Virus record (IMG/VR): IMGVR_UViG_3300020403_003104 | Coordinates: 1 to 38,321 of that record | DNA length: 38,321 nt | Source: a virus | Lineage: Duplodnaviria > Caudoviricetes | Direction: 5' to 3' (one strand) | Shown here: positions 26,525 through 36,337 of the stretch, piece by piece | Layout: each line of letters begins with the position of its first letter | Position numbering within the stretch: position 1 is the first letter of the stretch | The notes under the pieces: generated by a model | Databases searched by the model: none | What the model was told of the DNA's origin: nothing | What the model saw: only the letters and a program-made list of their open reading frames with translations | Program-made: the position numbers and the translations under genes

Positions 26525-27374
26525 ATTTTATATTGAACCTCCCACAGTTAACAACTGTGATCTTACACCTTTATTATCAGTTAAAGGTCCTATAGAAGTA
26601 TATGATGTCTATGAAGTAAATAGAAAAGATATTGTAGACTTTCTTGAAAACCTACCTAATGAAGTAACTTATCATTCAGCTGATGGCGATCTTAAGAGCT
26701 CTAAGATTAAAGTAATTTATGAGCCTTATTCTTTTTTAACAGAAATAAGTCAAAGAAGCAGAGATATTTACTTCAATCAAAAGGTGCCACTTCTTAAATG
26801 GAACTTTATTAGTTTATGCTCAGCCCCTAAATCTTTTAGATATGATATATTAGATAGGTTTTATAAACATCAATATTTTATATATTCTAACTACCCTTAT
26901 TCTAAAGTAAATGATACCGATTATAAAGTACATCCTAATTCTAAGCTTGAAGAATATAAAGGGGTTAATGGATTTAACAATCATCACTTTAGAACTCTAA
27001 CAGAGATAGAAACAGATCATAGAGGGTATCAGGAATTAGTTCCTGTAGAATATCTTCAGTCTAATATTGACTTAGTACTAGAAGCAGATATAGATACTCT
27101 CTTTATAACAGAAAAGACCTGGAAACCTATTGCATTTAAAAAGCCTTTTATAATCTATGGTGGTAAAGGTATACACTCTAAATTAGAAGAGTTAGGATTT
27201 AAGCTTCATACAGAACTATTTGACTATAGCTTTGATAATGAAGAAAATAGATTAGATCTTATATGTGAGCAAGTAAATAAATATATTGATATGCATCCTA
27301 ATAAACTTAGAGATATTATTGATTTTGATAAAGTAGAATATAATTATGAAAAGAATAACTATTTACGGAGATAG
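26511..27374 (+). CDS. TEKTxKP/ELFDYSFD family protein (putative glycosyltransferase-like), paralogue 1
   Basis: IDLVLE...ITEKTWKPI..KKPFIIYG...LGFKL..ELFDYSFD; TTG start. Confidence 0.65.
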   Translation: MYTTKFYIEPPTVNNCDLTPLLSVKGPIEVYDVYEVNRKDIVDFLENLPNEVTYHSADGDLKSSKIKVIYEPYSFLTEISQRSRDIYFNQKVPLLKWNFISLCSAPKSFRYDILDRFYKHQYFIYSNYPYSKVNDTDYKVHPNSKLEEYKGVNGFNNHHFRTLTEIETDHRGYQELVPVEYLQSNIDLVLEADIDTLFITEKTWKPIAFKKPFIIYGGKGIHSKLEELGFKLHTELFDYSFDNEENRLDLICEQVNKYIDMHPNKLRDIIDFDKVEYNYEKNNYLRR

Positions 27375-28014
27375 TTTTGCTGATCCAACTTATGACCAAT
27401 CTATTCATCCTACCTGGTATAAGTTATTAGAAGAAGAGGGTTATGAAGTAACAAATCTGGGTGAGTCTAATTCCGGCCCTATGTTCTCTTTTAAACATAT
27501 GTACAAAAATGCTCATAGATATAATAGAGAAGATTTGATAGTTTTTATTTTATCTGGAGTTAATAGATTATGTCTTACAGGGGATCATGATAAAGACGCT
27601 GAATTATATAATGATATTGATAAGGATCTTGAAAAGATTTTAAAAGACGAGCTTACATACGGAAATTGGAAATACGAATCATTCTTATATGCCTTATCTA
27701 TGAAACAGAATTGTAAGGTATTTACATATTTTTTAGATATACAAGAATCATATTTTAAATCTAAATTAAACTACGATAATTACTATTGTCATCGTGAAGG
27801 ACTAGCAGACGCAAGCTGGAAAGAATATAAAAAAGCAGAAAGAGGAAGAGATGCATCAGATGATCAATATATTAGAATCAATCATCTATCAGCTGAAAAT
27901 CATATAATAATGTATCAACAGATAGTTAATTTTATAGACTTAAAACCTATACCTAATTTCTTAAGAGGAATATATACAGGTACATATAACGATAAGGAAT
28001 TTGTGTATGATTGA
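27346..28014 (+). CDS. SGNH/GDSL-like protein
   Basis: ITIYGDSFAD, NLGESNSGP, NHLSAENH; same layout as 25631-26524. Confidence 0.6.
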   Translation: MKRITIYGDSFADPTYDQSIHPTWYKLLEEEGYEVTNLGESNSGPMFSFKHMYKNAHRYNREDLIVFILSGVNRLCLTGDHDKDAELYNDIDKDLEKILKDELTYGNWKYESFLYALSMKQNCKVFTYFLDIQESYFKSKLNYDNYYCHREGLADASWKEYKKAERGRDASDDQYIRINHLSAENHIIMYQQIVNFIDLKPIPNFLRGIYTGTYNDKEFVYD

Positions 28015-28711
28015 GGTCATAAAATACGATACTAACAAATATAACTTCAGAGAGTATCTTGAAGGGTGCTTAGGGCCATTAGAAGATATACATAAAAACT
28101 TCGATTTAAAACCTGCCCCTTTTAAAACAGGAGGAGGTATATGTGATCCAGATTATGATACATTCTATGGACTAATTGAGAAAGTATTTCAAGAAGTAGT
28201 GCATGCACAATATAGATTTAAATTCATGTGGTGGGAGTTTCAAAAGAATATAATAAAAGATTGGTTTAAAGAAGCTATAGTTATTCAACAGCTTCCATCT
28301 ATTAAGATATTTCCTTCAGGTCAAGATTGGTTATTTGTTGATGATCCTGTAATTGTTAACGGAAGAAAAGTTAACAGACACTTAGAGACAGATCATCCTT
28401 TTCATCATCCAGCTTTTGAATCAAATTTCATTGTTCCTTTAATTGATATGGATGAAGATAATGGTATATTTGTAGATGATAAGATGTATGATTGTAAGTA
28501 CGGAGAAATGATAATATTCAAACAGCTATATCATGGAGGGTATGTTACTAATATATCAGAGAATAGTAGAGTATCAATAGATTTTAAAGCATGCGGATGG
28601 AGTGAATATGATAAAAGTATTCTAGATGATATAATGGTTAAGAAAAAAGGTCAATGGATAAAGCAATCCGAGCTGTTTTCAATTGGTAATTATTATAAGT
28701 TAATACCATGA
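28007..28711 (+). CDS. StrG-like Fe(II)/2OG-type dioxygenase
   Basis: YDTNKYNF, QxLPSIKI, HxE..HPxxExNFIVPL, GE, HGG..N, RVSIDF; ATG 28007 has AAGGA upstream. Confidence 0.7.
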   Translation: MIEVIKYDTNKYNFREYLEGCLGPLEDIHKNFDLKPAPFKTGGGICDPDYDTFYGLIEKVFQEVVHAQYRFKFMWWEFQKNIIKDWFKEAIVIQQLPSIKIFPSGQDWLFVDDPVIVNGRKVNRHLETDHPFHHPAFESNFIVPLIDMDEDNGIFVDDKMYDCKYGEMIIFKQLYHGGYVTNISENSRVSIDFKACGWSEYDKSILDDIMVKKKGQWIKQSELFSIGNYYKLIP

Positions 28712-29706
28712 TAAAACTTAAATCTAATAACGGGTGGGATCCTCTTAAAAGTATAATAGTTGGAGATGCATCAGGTGCGAGGATCCCACCACTAAGTAGA
28801 TCAATGAGAAATTTCATGTTCGCTAATTTGGAATTTCATCAAATTAGAGAATTATGTGCTCCATGGGTTTATTCCACTAAAGTAATAGATGAGTCTCAGG
28901 AAGACTTAGAGATATTAGCAGACACTCTTACTAAAGAAAGTATTACCGTATATAGACCTGAAAAGAAAAACTATGGATGGATGAACTATTGTCCCAGAGA
29001 TATATTTTTAGTATTAGATGATATAATATTAGAGACTCCTAATGTAATGTCTATAAGAGAGTACGAGTCTTTAGCTTATAGACATATCTTAAATAAATTA
29101 GATGGAAGATGGTTGAAGGCTCCTGTTCCTCAATACTTAGAAGAGTCATTCGATTTCTCAGATCTATCTAGACCTACATTGATGAATGCAGAGATAATGT
29201 TTGATGCTCCTAATGTAGTTAGGATGGGTAAGACATTATTGTATCAGATAAGCAATAGCGGTAACCTAAAAGGCTTAAAATGGTTACAACAGACTTTTCC
29301 TGAATATAGAATACATCCTGCCAGTCAGTATTCAGGAGCACATATGGATAGTACAATTGTTCCTCTTAGACCTGGATTAGTACTACTTAATGGGCTAAGA
29401 TGTACTAAAAATGATTATCCCTTAATATTTAAAAACTGGGATAAGATATTCTTTACAGATATTGTAAGCACAGATACTGATGATAGTGGAATATCATCTA
29501 ATTCAATAGGTTTAAATCTTTTAAGCTTAAACGAAAATACAGTGATAGTTGACAAGAATCAAAAACCTCTTATTAAAATACTAAAACAACACGGGATTAA
29601 CTCTATTCCTTTAGAGCTAAGACATGCTAGAACGTTAGGAGGGGGTTTTCATTGTGTAACTTTAGATTTACATAGAGAAGGCAAATTAGAACAGTATGAA
29701 TTCTAA
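28708..29706 (+). CDS. Amidinotransferase (StrB1/glycine amidinotransferase family)
   Basis: WDPLKSIIVG, YCPRD, FDAPN, SGNLKG, HMDSTIVPLRPG, RTLGGGFHCVTLD (catalytic Asp/His/Cys). Confidence 0.93.
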   Translation: MIKLKSNNGWDPLKSIIVGDASGARIPPLSRSMRNFMFANLEFHQIRELCAPWVYSTKVIDESQEDLEILADTLTKESITVYRPEKKNYGWMNYCPRDIFLVLDDIILETPNVMSIREYESLAYRHILNKLDGRWLKAPVPQYLEESFDFSDLSRPTLMNAEIMFDAPNVVRMGKTLLYQISNSGNLKGLKWLQQTFPEYRIHPASQYSGAHMDSTIVPLRPGLVLLNGLRCTKNDYPLIFKNWDKIFFTDIVSTDTDDSGISSNSIGLNLLSLNENTVIVDKNQKPLIKILKQHGINSIPLELRHARTLGGGFHCVTLDLHREGKLEQYEF

Positions 29707-30556
29707 GAAGTGTTCAGCTTTATACAATCATACTAATATTAGAGCTGGAAATAGAATATATCCTTGTTGCAGATTTAAAAAACAGATAGCTACATTTGAT
29801 GGAGACTTAGATAATGTTCTTCTATCTAAAGAATATTCTGAGCTTAGACAGAGATTTGATAAAGAGCAGATTCCAGAGTGTCAAAAATGCTGGGATGAAG
29901 AAGATGCTGGTGTAGAGTCAGAAAGACAGGTTTTTAATAAAAAATGGGATGAGAATTCAAGAGAGATCAAACTAAGAGAGCTGTGGATAGGATTAGATAA
30001 TATCTGCAACCTTAAATGCACAATGTGTAGTAGTGATTTTAGTAATCAGTTTGATGGTAAAACTATAACTACAAAGTCTTTACATAATATACCTGATATA
30101 GAAAGAATGGTTTTCTTAGGAGGAGAACCTTTGATGAATAGCAGATACTTTAGATTATTAGAAACAATGAATAGAGGTATTCTTCATCTTACTATAATAA
30201 CTAATGGTATGTTTAAAGTAAAAAATAAATGGTCTGAACTATTAAAAGAATGTAAGAGTGTAATGTTCTTTATTAGTATTGATGGATATAAAGATATTAA
30301 TGATAAAACTAGAATAGGATCTGACTGGAATATAATAGAAAAAAATGTAGCAGATATAGAAAAGAAATGGCCAGTTACTTTCAATACGGTATTGCATAAG
30401 AATAATCTAAGAGGTATATACGATCTTCAAAAATGGATAGGAGATAGAAATTGGCAGATAAACATATTAACTCACCCAAAGCATTTAATGATATCAGATA
30501 TGGATAGAGAAAGAATATCTAAAGAATTTAACCAACATTTCGATTATATGATATGA
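29696..30556 (+). CDS. Radical SAM protein with N-terminal twitch/SPASM-like domain
   Basis: C...PCC...CQKCW auxiliary cluster, CNLKCTMC, GGEPL, ITNG, SIDG. Confidence 0.92.
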   Translation: MNSKKCSALYNHTNIRAGNRIYPCCRFKKQIATFDGDLDNVLLSKEYSELRQRFDKEQIPECQKCWDEEDAGVESERQVFNKKWDENSREIKLRELWIGLDNICNLKCTMCSSDFSNQFDGKTITTKSLHNIPDIERMVFLGGEPLMNSRYFRLLETMNRGILHLTIITNGMFKVKNKWSELLKECKSVMFFISIDGYKDINDKTRIGSDWNIIEKNVADIEKKWPVTFNTVLHKNNLRGIYDLQKWIGDRNWQINILTHPKHLMISDMDRERISKEFNQHFDYMI

Positions 30557-32358
30557 AATTAGGTTTTATAGAGCTATCACATATTTTTACTAATCAAATT
30601 AAACTTCCATACTCTACTGGATGTGTATGGAGCTATTGCAGGACTGATGATGAGATTGCAGCTAATTATACTTTTGACATTCATGATTGGATCTATGTAC
30701 TTGATGGTAACCTTGATATAGATAAGACTGCTGAGCAATTATCAAAATGTGATGTTGTAGGCGTATCTTATTTTGTATGGAATACGCATGTAAGTGATAA
30801 GATATGTAATAGGATAAAAAAGATAAACCCTAAATGTGTAATTGTTTATGGAGGATTAGGTACTCCTAAGTATGGAAGGTGCTGGGATTTCTTAAAAGAG
30901 AGGCCTTACGTTGATATCATAGTTCATATGGAAGGTGAGATAGTATTCTGTAATTTACTTAAAGCATTACTGAATAAAACTGATCTAAGAGATGTTAAAG
31001 GTATAACAACTCAGTTCTTTCAAACAGAATTAGAGAGCAGAATAAAAAATATAGCTGAGCTACCTAGTCCTTACTTAGATGGGTTATTTGACGATCTTAT
31101 AGCTATCAAAGATCATACCTATGAATGGGAAAGCTTAATAGAATTGGAAAGAGGGTGCCCTTATACCTGCTCTTTCTGTGAAGTAGGAGATAGGCATTGG
31201 ACTAAGATTATAAAGCAAGATTATGATAAGATGGTTAAAGAGATAGATTGGGTATCAAAGCATAAGATAGAATACCTACATCTCATTGATAATAATTTTG
31301 GTATGTATAAAGATCATAAGATTATATCTGATCTTCTTATTAACAAGTTGGAGACAGAGGGCTTCCCTAACGCTCTTAATATAACTTGGGCTAAGCATAA
31401 GAAACCATACCTATTTGATATAGCAGAAGATCTATGGAAAGTAGGTCTTAATAAAAGTGTTACTATAGCTCTGCAATCAATGAACAGCCCTACATTAAAA
31501 GCAGTAGAAAGAGCTAACGAAAATACCAACCTAAAACAGGTAGTAGATTATCTTAAAACCAGAGGTATGCCAGCCTACATTGAAACTATATTAGGGTTAC
31601 CAGAAGAGACATTAGATACGTTTAAAGAAGGTTTATACAGACTAATGGATGATATAGACTATCATAACTATGTTGGAATATATGTTATGGTAGCTCTTCC
31701 TAATACTCCTTTTGGAGATCCTGCATATCTTGAAAAATATGGGGTACAGATAAGAGAGACATCTCCAGCATTCTTTCATCACGAACATCCTACTGATCAA
31801 TTATTACATGATGTTAATAATGTAGTTGTAGGTTCTAATGTAATGAGCTTTGATGATTATATAGAAGCAACTATGTGGAAGTGGTACATAACGTCTTTTC
31901 ATTTCTTAGGATGGTTAAGAATACTAGCATTAGAGCTCAAAGCTAAGCATAACATAACAATGAGAGAATTTTATGATGGATTGTTTGAATATTTTATGGA
32001 TGACAAGGAATCTTTGTTTTATAAAGAGTATACGATAACTAAGAGGTTACTATATAAGGTATTTGATAAAGAGATAGTATGGGGTCGTAAAGTATCTGAT
32101 GTATGTAATTATTACTGGGAATATGAAGAAGCTACAGCTATTAATATAGCTAAAGAGAAAGATAGATTCTATTCAGAGGTAGAGCAATATTTACAGGATG
32201 AATATGGATTTAATAGATCTATAACTGACAACCAATACAGTATTATGAAAGATCCTTTCGATGTATATGATGGTAACTTAGAAAAATGGGCCAGAGAATG
32301 TATGTGGTGGGGAAGAAGAGCTGATTGGTTTTTTGAAGGTAATGGGCCAGATGTATAG
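30553..32358 (+). CDS. Cobalamin-dependent radical SAM enzyme
   Basis: LPYSxG, VSYFVWN, IVYGG, EGE (B12-binding domain); SPYL, RGCPYTCSFC, DNNFG, ILGLPEET. Confidence 0.92.
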   Translation: MKLGFIELSHIFTNQIKLPYSTGCVWSYCRTDDEIAANYTFDIHDWIYVLDGNLDIDKTAEQLSKCDVVGVSYFVWNTHVSDKICNRIKKINPKCVIVYGGLGTPKYGRCWDFLKERPYVDIIVHMEGEIVFCNLLKALLNKTDLRDVKGITTQFFQTELESRIKNIAELPSPYLDGLFDDLIAIKDHTYEWESLIELERGCPYTCSFCEVGDRHWTKIIKQDYDKMVKEIDWVSKHKIEYLHLIDNNFGMYKDHKIISDLLINKLETEGFPNALNITWAKHKKPYLFDIAEDLWKVGLNKSVTIALQSMNSPTLKAVERANENTNLKQVVDYLKTRGMPAYIETILGLPEETLDTFKEGLYRLMDDIDYHNYVGIYVMVALPNTPFGDPAYLEKYGVQIRETSPAFFHHEHPTDQLLHDVNNVVVGSNVMSFDDYIEATMWKWYITSFHFLGWLRILALELKAKHNITMREFYDGLFEYFMDDKESLFYKEYTITKRLLYKVFDKEIVWGRKVSDVCNYYWEYEEATAINIAKEKDRFYSEVEQYLQDEYGFNRSITDNQYSIMKDPFDVYDGNLEKWARECMWWGRRADWFFEGNGPDV

Positions 32359-32953
32359 ACATCATATGTTACATTTAGATGGTCTAGTAAATTATAAAAT
32401 ATTATATAATGCTTGTTCTGATTACGATAATGATGATATATTTCCCTCAATAAGTATTAATAACATAAACTACGAACAAATACGGTTTGTAGATGTTAAA
32501 CTATATGATGGATGCTTTAGCAATCGAGATTACGTAAAAATTTTAAGGAAATGTTTAACATCTAATTTTAGTAGAACAGATACATCTATAGAATGGATGA
32601 GATATAGAGAATATAGAACAATACATGTGAATAACATTAGACCGGTATATCATATATTTGAATCTGAAGAATATAAGATATTCAAAGAGATGTTAAATGA
32701 GAAAGATATACTAACAGATAGAATAATACTAGAAATACACTCTAATTATCCTCTTAAAGTACCCGGTACATCCTCAGAAAATTTAGAAGTAAAGATTCCC
32801 GACTCTTTTGAAGTTGAATCCTTCCCAGCATTTCCAGTAATAGAATTTGTAATTAATGATAAAAATAAAACTACAAAAGAGATATTAAAGAAAACATTTG
32901 TAAATAAGCGATATCTTAGAGAAAGTATAAAACATTATGATACTAAAAGCTGA
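32333..32953 (+). CDS. Hypothetical protein
   Basis: About 200 aa ORF filling the gap; start may be ATG 32342 or 32351. Confidence 0.7.
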   Translation: MKVMGQMYRHHMLHLDGLVNYKILYNACSDYDNDDIFPSISINNINYEQIRFVDVKLYDGCFSNRDYVKILRKCLTSNFSRTDTSIEWMRYREYRTIHVNNIRPVYHIFESEEYKIFKEMLNEKDILTDRIILEIHSNYPLKVPGTSSENLEVKIPDSFEVESFPAFPVIEFVINDKNKTTKEILKKTFVNKRYLRESIKHYDTKS

Positions 32954-34013
32954 ATCAACTATAGGAAAATCACATTACCCTGAATTAGAGATTATATCTG
33001 AAAAGATAGATGAACCTATTTTTATTCAGGATGACTATGAAGCACAGGGATACTATCCATTAGAAGCTAGAGAAGAGGATAGAATGTTTGAGTTTATTCA
33101 TAATGCAGCTCATCCAGATAACGATATTACTATATCTAATTTAGATATGAATCTTCAAGCTAATTATGATAGATGGTGTGATATTACTAAGCAAAAGAGA
33201 AGATTTAAAATATTAGATAGATCTAACTTTATGATGGATAGGTATGTAAAGACATGCCAATCTCTATGGGCTGAATATAGAGCTCCTGGGCATGAAAAAG
33301 GATATAAGATATGTACGTTAGTTAACAATCCAAGAATATACAGATTATTAACATTAGGGCGCTTATCTGGCAAATTAGGTTTTATACATTCATATAAAGC
33401 CACACCTACTCACTTATTGGGTGATGATGATGCTATAAAAGATAATTTCAAGCAATTAAGAAATGATTGGGGTAGGGATAAGTATTGGGTATGGCATGGC
33501 GGTAATAATATTAAATGGAATAATGTAATTTATCCCTGTGATTATCCAGCTCCTTGTGATCTATCATATGGTGAATTTAAAGCTAGAGAAAAAGTATTAT
33601 TAACAGAAGAGTGTCCTGAAGCAGCTATAGGAACATCCTGTGAGCATGATGTATTCAGTCCTAAAGAATGGTGGATGTCATATATTGATTTAGTACAAGA
33701 GAATAAAGTATGCTTAGCTAGCGTAGCAGGAGATAAGACGTCAAAGCCTTTATACTGGGGTAAGATGTTTCTTACTATAGGAGGACCTGGCTGGTATAAG
33801 AGCTTTCAGAAGTTAGGATTCAAATTATATGATGAGCTATTTGATTATAGCTTTGATGATAACCCATCCTTTGAATATAGATGGAAACATATAATGAACC
33901 AATGTGATGGTATCTTAGAAATGAGTATGGAAGAATTAGAAGATAAAGAGAAATTCTTAAAACCAAAGATTGATTATAATGCAAGAAGAATCAGAGAACT
34001 GGCTGTACTTTAG
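32937..34013 (+). CDS. ELFDYSFD family protein, paralogue 2
   Basis: GYYPL, HPDN, ICxVNxP..xRL.TL, DKTSKPL, GFKLYDELFDYSFD. Confidence 0.75.
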   Translation: MILKAESTIGKSHYPELEIISEKIDEPIFIQDDYEAQGYYPLEAREEDRMFEFIHNAAHPDNDITISNLDMNLQANYDRWCDITKQKRRFKILDRSNFMMDRYVKTCQSLWAEYRAPGHEKGYKICTLVNNPRIYRLLTLGRLSGKLGFIHSYKATPTHLLGDDDAIKDNFKQLRNDWGRDKYWVWHGGNNIKWNNVIYPCDYPAPCDLSYGEFKAREKVLLTEECPEAAIGTSCEHDVFSPKEWWMSYIDLVQENKVCLASVAGDKTSKPLYWGKMFLTIGGPGWYKSFQKLGFKLYDELFDYSFDDNPSFEYRWKHIMNQCDGILEMSMEELEDKEKFLKPKIDYNARRIRELAVL

Positions 34014-35268
34014 TCATGGAATAGAACTAAAGAGAGGTGAAAGAAGAAAAGGTAGAGAAAATAAGACACCTCAAGAAAAATATGATAGATGGGTTAATGT
34101 TCTAAGGACGTTAGAAGAGAAAACAGATAAAAACATCATTATATGGGATGTAAATGAATCTGGAGGTTATTGGCCTCTTATTTCCACAGAGACAGATAAT
34201 ATGCTAGAAAGGATTCACCAATATTCTCATCCTGATAATAAAATATGGTATGTTAATGGAGATGCTCACGCAGAAAGCAATTATAATGATTGGTATAATT
34301 TAGTTAAACCTAAAATGCGAATCAATATGAGTCCTTTAGTTCCTTCTATAGCTGTAGATATCTTTACTAAAAGGCTCAAAGAAATCCCTAAAGATCATCC
34401 TTTAAACGGTAACTTTATGCCTAAGCATAAAAAATATCGAGTTATATGCATGGTCAATCAACCTAAGATATCTAGATTATTTACTTTAAGAGAACTAGCT
34501 GGCTTACAAGGCTTCATATACTCCTTTAACTGTACTGAAACAGGCAGTATTCAATCTGACGGAAGCTCCTCAAATGATAACTTTAATGAAAAACTAAATC
34601 GACTAGGTAAGTTTAAATCATGGGTATGGAAAGAGAATGGAAACGCTATAGAGATAAGAGGAGGAGTAAAAGATAAAGGCAATGTAGCAGATAGAATTTA
34701 TAGGGTAGATATAGCTGTTGCATTTAATATGAGTAATGAAAAGTTTGATCAATCAAAGAGAATTAACTTTAGAACACCATTTGAAGGATTAAAGGATGAT
34801 AATGATGCTTATCACGATTTTCTTCCTGTACAAGAATGGTTAGACTCATCTATGGAGCTAATAAATGAAACATATCAAGTAAAAGCTTTTGGACTTAGCG
34901 ATAAGACATGTAAGGTGTTAGGGTTCTGTAAGCCATTCCTAGTCATTGGATGTGCTGGCTGGTATAAAACGTTCAGAAAACTAGGCTTCGAGTTATATGA
35001 TGAATTATTTGATTATAGCTTTGATGAGATAGAGTCTTTTAGAGATAGGCATAAACATATTATGAATCAAATAAAAGATATCTTATCTATGGAAGAGAAT
35101 AAGTTCAATTCTAAGATTGACAGTTTAAATGATAAGTTAGAGTTTAACAAAAGACATTTATTAGAATATAGAGATAAAACTGATTGGGGTGAAACATCTC
35201 AAATGGATACTATGATTTTTGAAATGGCAAGGAAGATAGATGAGCGACTGGCTGTTTCTAACTCCTGA
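33979..35268 (+). CDS. ELFDYSFD family protein, paralogue 3
   Basis: GYWPL, SHPDN, RVICMVNQP, DAYHDFLPVQEWL, SDKTCK, ELFDYSFD; first ATG at 33979. Confidence 0.75.
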   Translation: MQEESENWLYFSHGIELKRGERRKGRENKTPQEKYDRWVNVLRTLEEKTDKNIIIWDVNESGGYWPLISTETDNMLERIHQYSHPDNKIWYVNGDAHAESNYNDWYNLVKPKMRINMSPLVPSIAVDIFTKRLKEIPKDHPLNGNFMPKHKKYRVICMVNQPKISRLFTLRELAGLQGFIYSFNCTETGSIQSDGSSSNDNFNEKLNRLGKFKSWVWKENGNAIEIRGGVKDKGNVADRIYRVDIAVAFNMSNEKFDQSKRINFRTPFEGLKDDNDAYHDFLPVQEWLDSSMELINETYQVKAFGLSDKTCKVLGFCKPFLVIGCAGWYKTFRKLGFELYDELFDYSFDEIESFRDRHKHIMNQIKDILSMEENKFNSKIDSLNDKLEFNKRHLLEYRDKTDWGETSQMDTMIFEMARKIDERLAVSNS

Positions 35269-36337
35269 TGATTGGGAGGAAGATCTTAAAGTATTAAAAG
35301 AAAAGACTGATAAGAAAATACTAATAACATATCTAATAGAGTCTTGTGGTTATTGGCCATTGTATGGAGATGAAGGAGATAATATGTTAGAGCTGATACA
35401 TAATTATTCTCATCCAGATAATCAGATATGGTATGTAAACGGTGATTATTTTGCTCATAGTAATTATGAAAAGTGGTGTAATTTAGTTAAGCCTAAGATG
35501 AGAATTAATATGCACCCTTTGGTCCCTTCTAATAATAGAGAGGTTTTCATATCGAGATTAGAAGAGTTTGCAGGAATAGAAGATGTCCCTAAAAAATATA
35601 GAGTAATATGTATGGTGAATCAGCCTAAGATATCCAGAATGCTAACATTAAGAGAATTAGCAGGTTATGAAGGATTCATATACTCTTTCAATGGGACCAA
35701 TATTAAAGATGTTAATGATAGAGGTATTTCATCTGATAAAACATTCAAGGAGTTAACAAAGAACTTAGAAAAGACTGAGCTAAAATGGAGTACAGATGGA
35801 AACTCTATAAATTCAACCCCCGTTGATTATTTCTGTGAATTCGATATGAGTAATGACGTATTTAACATGTACAACAGAATTAATTTTAACACTCCATATA
35901 CTCTTAATAATGATACAGATGCATATCATGACTTTTTACCTGTACAAGAGTGGTTAGAGTCAGAAATAGATTTAGTTTGTGAAACTCTTACGGTAGGAAG
36001 ATTTCACTTAAGTGAGAAAACCTGTAAGCCATTAGGGTTTAGTAAGCCATTCCTTACAATTGGATGTATGGGATGGTATAGAGTGTTTAAAGAGTTAGGA
36101 TTTAAGCTATACGACGAATTATTCGATTATAGTTTTGATGATATAGAGTCTTTCAGAGATAGACATAGAGCGATAATAAGTCAAATAACGAGTATATTAC
36201 ATATGGATGCACAAATATTGAAAGACAAACTATCAATAATCAAGGATAAAGTGAATTATAACAATAAACATTTCTTAGAACTAAGAGAATACATGGATAT
36301 TCCTAAAATAGCAAAGCAAATAGATGACTCCAGATAA
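35240..36337 (+). CDS. ELFDYSFD family protein, paralogue 4
   Basis: Same motif set, SEKTCKPLGFSKPF. Confidence 0.75.
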   Translation: MSDWLFLTPDDWEEDLKVLKEKTDKKILITYLIESCGYWPLYGDEGDNMLELIHNYSHPDNQIWYVNGDYFAHSNYEKWCNLVKPKMRINMHPLVPSNNREVFISRLEEFAGIEDVPKKYRVICMVNQPKISRMLTLRELAGYEGFIYSFNGTNIKDVNDRGISSDKTFKELTKNLEKTELKWSTDGNSINSTPVDYFCEFDMSNDVFNMYNRINFNTPYTLNNDTDAYHDFLPVQEWLESEIDLVCETLTVGRFHLSEKTCKPLGFSKPFLTIGCMGWYRVFKELGFKLYDELFDYSFDDIESFRDRHRAIISQITSILHMDAQILKDKLSIIKDKVNYNNKHFLELREYMDIPKIAKQIDDSR

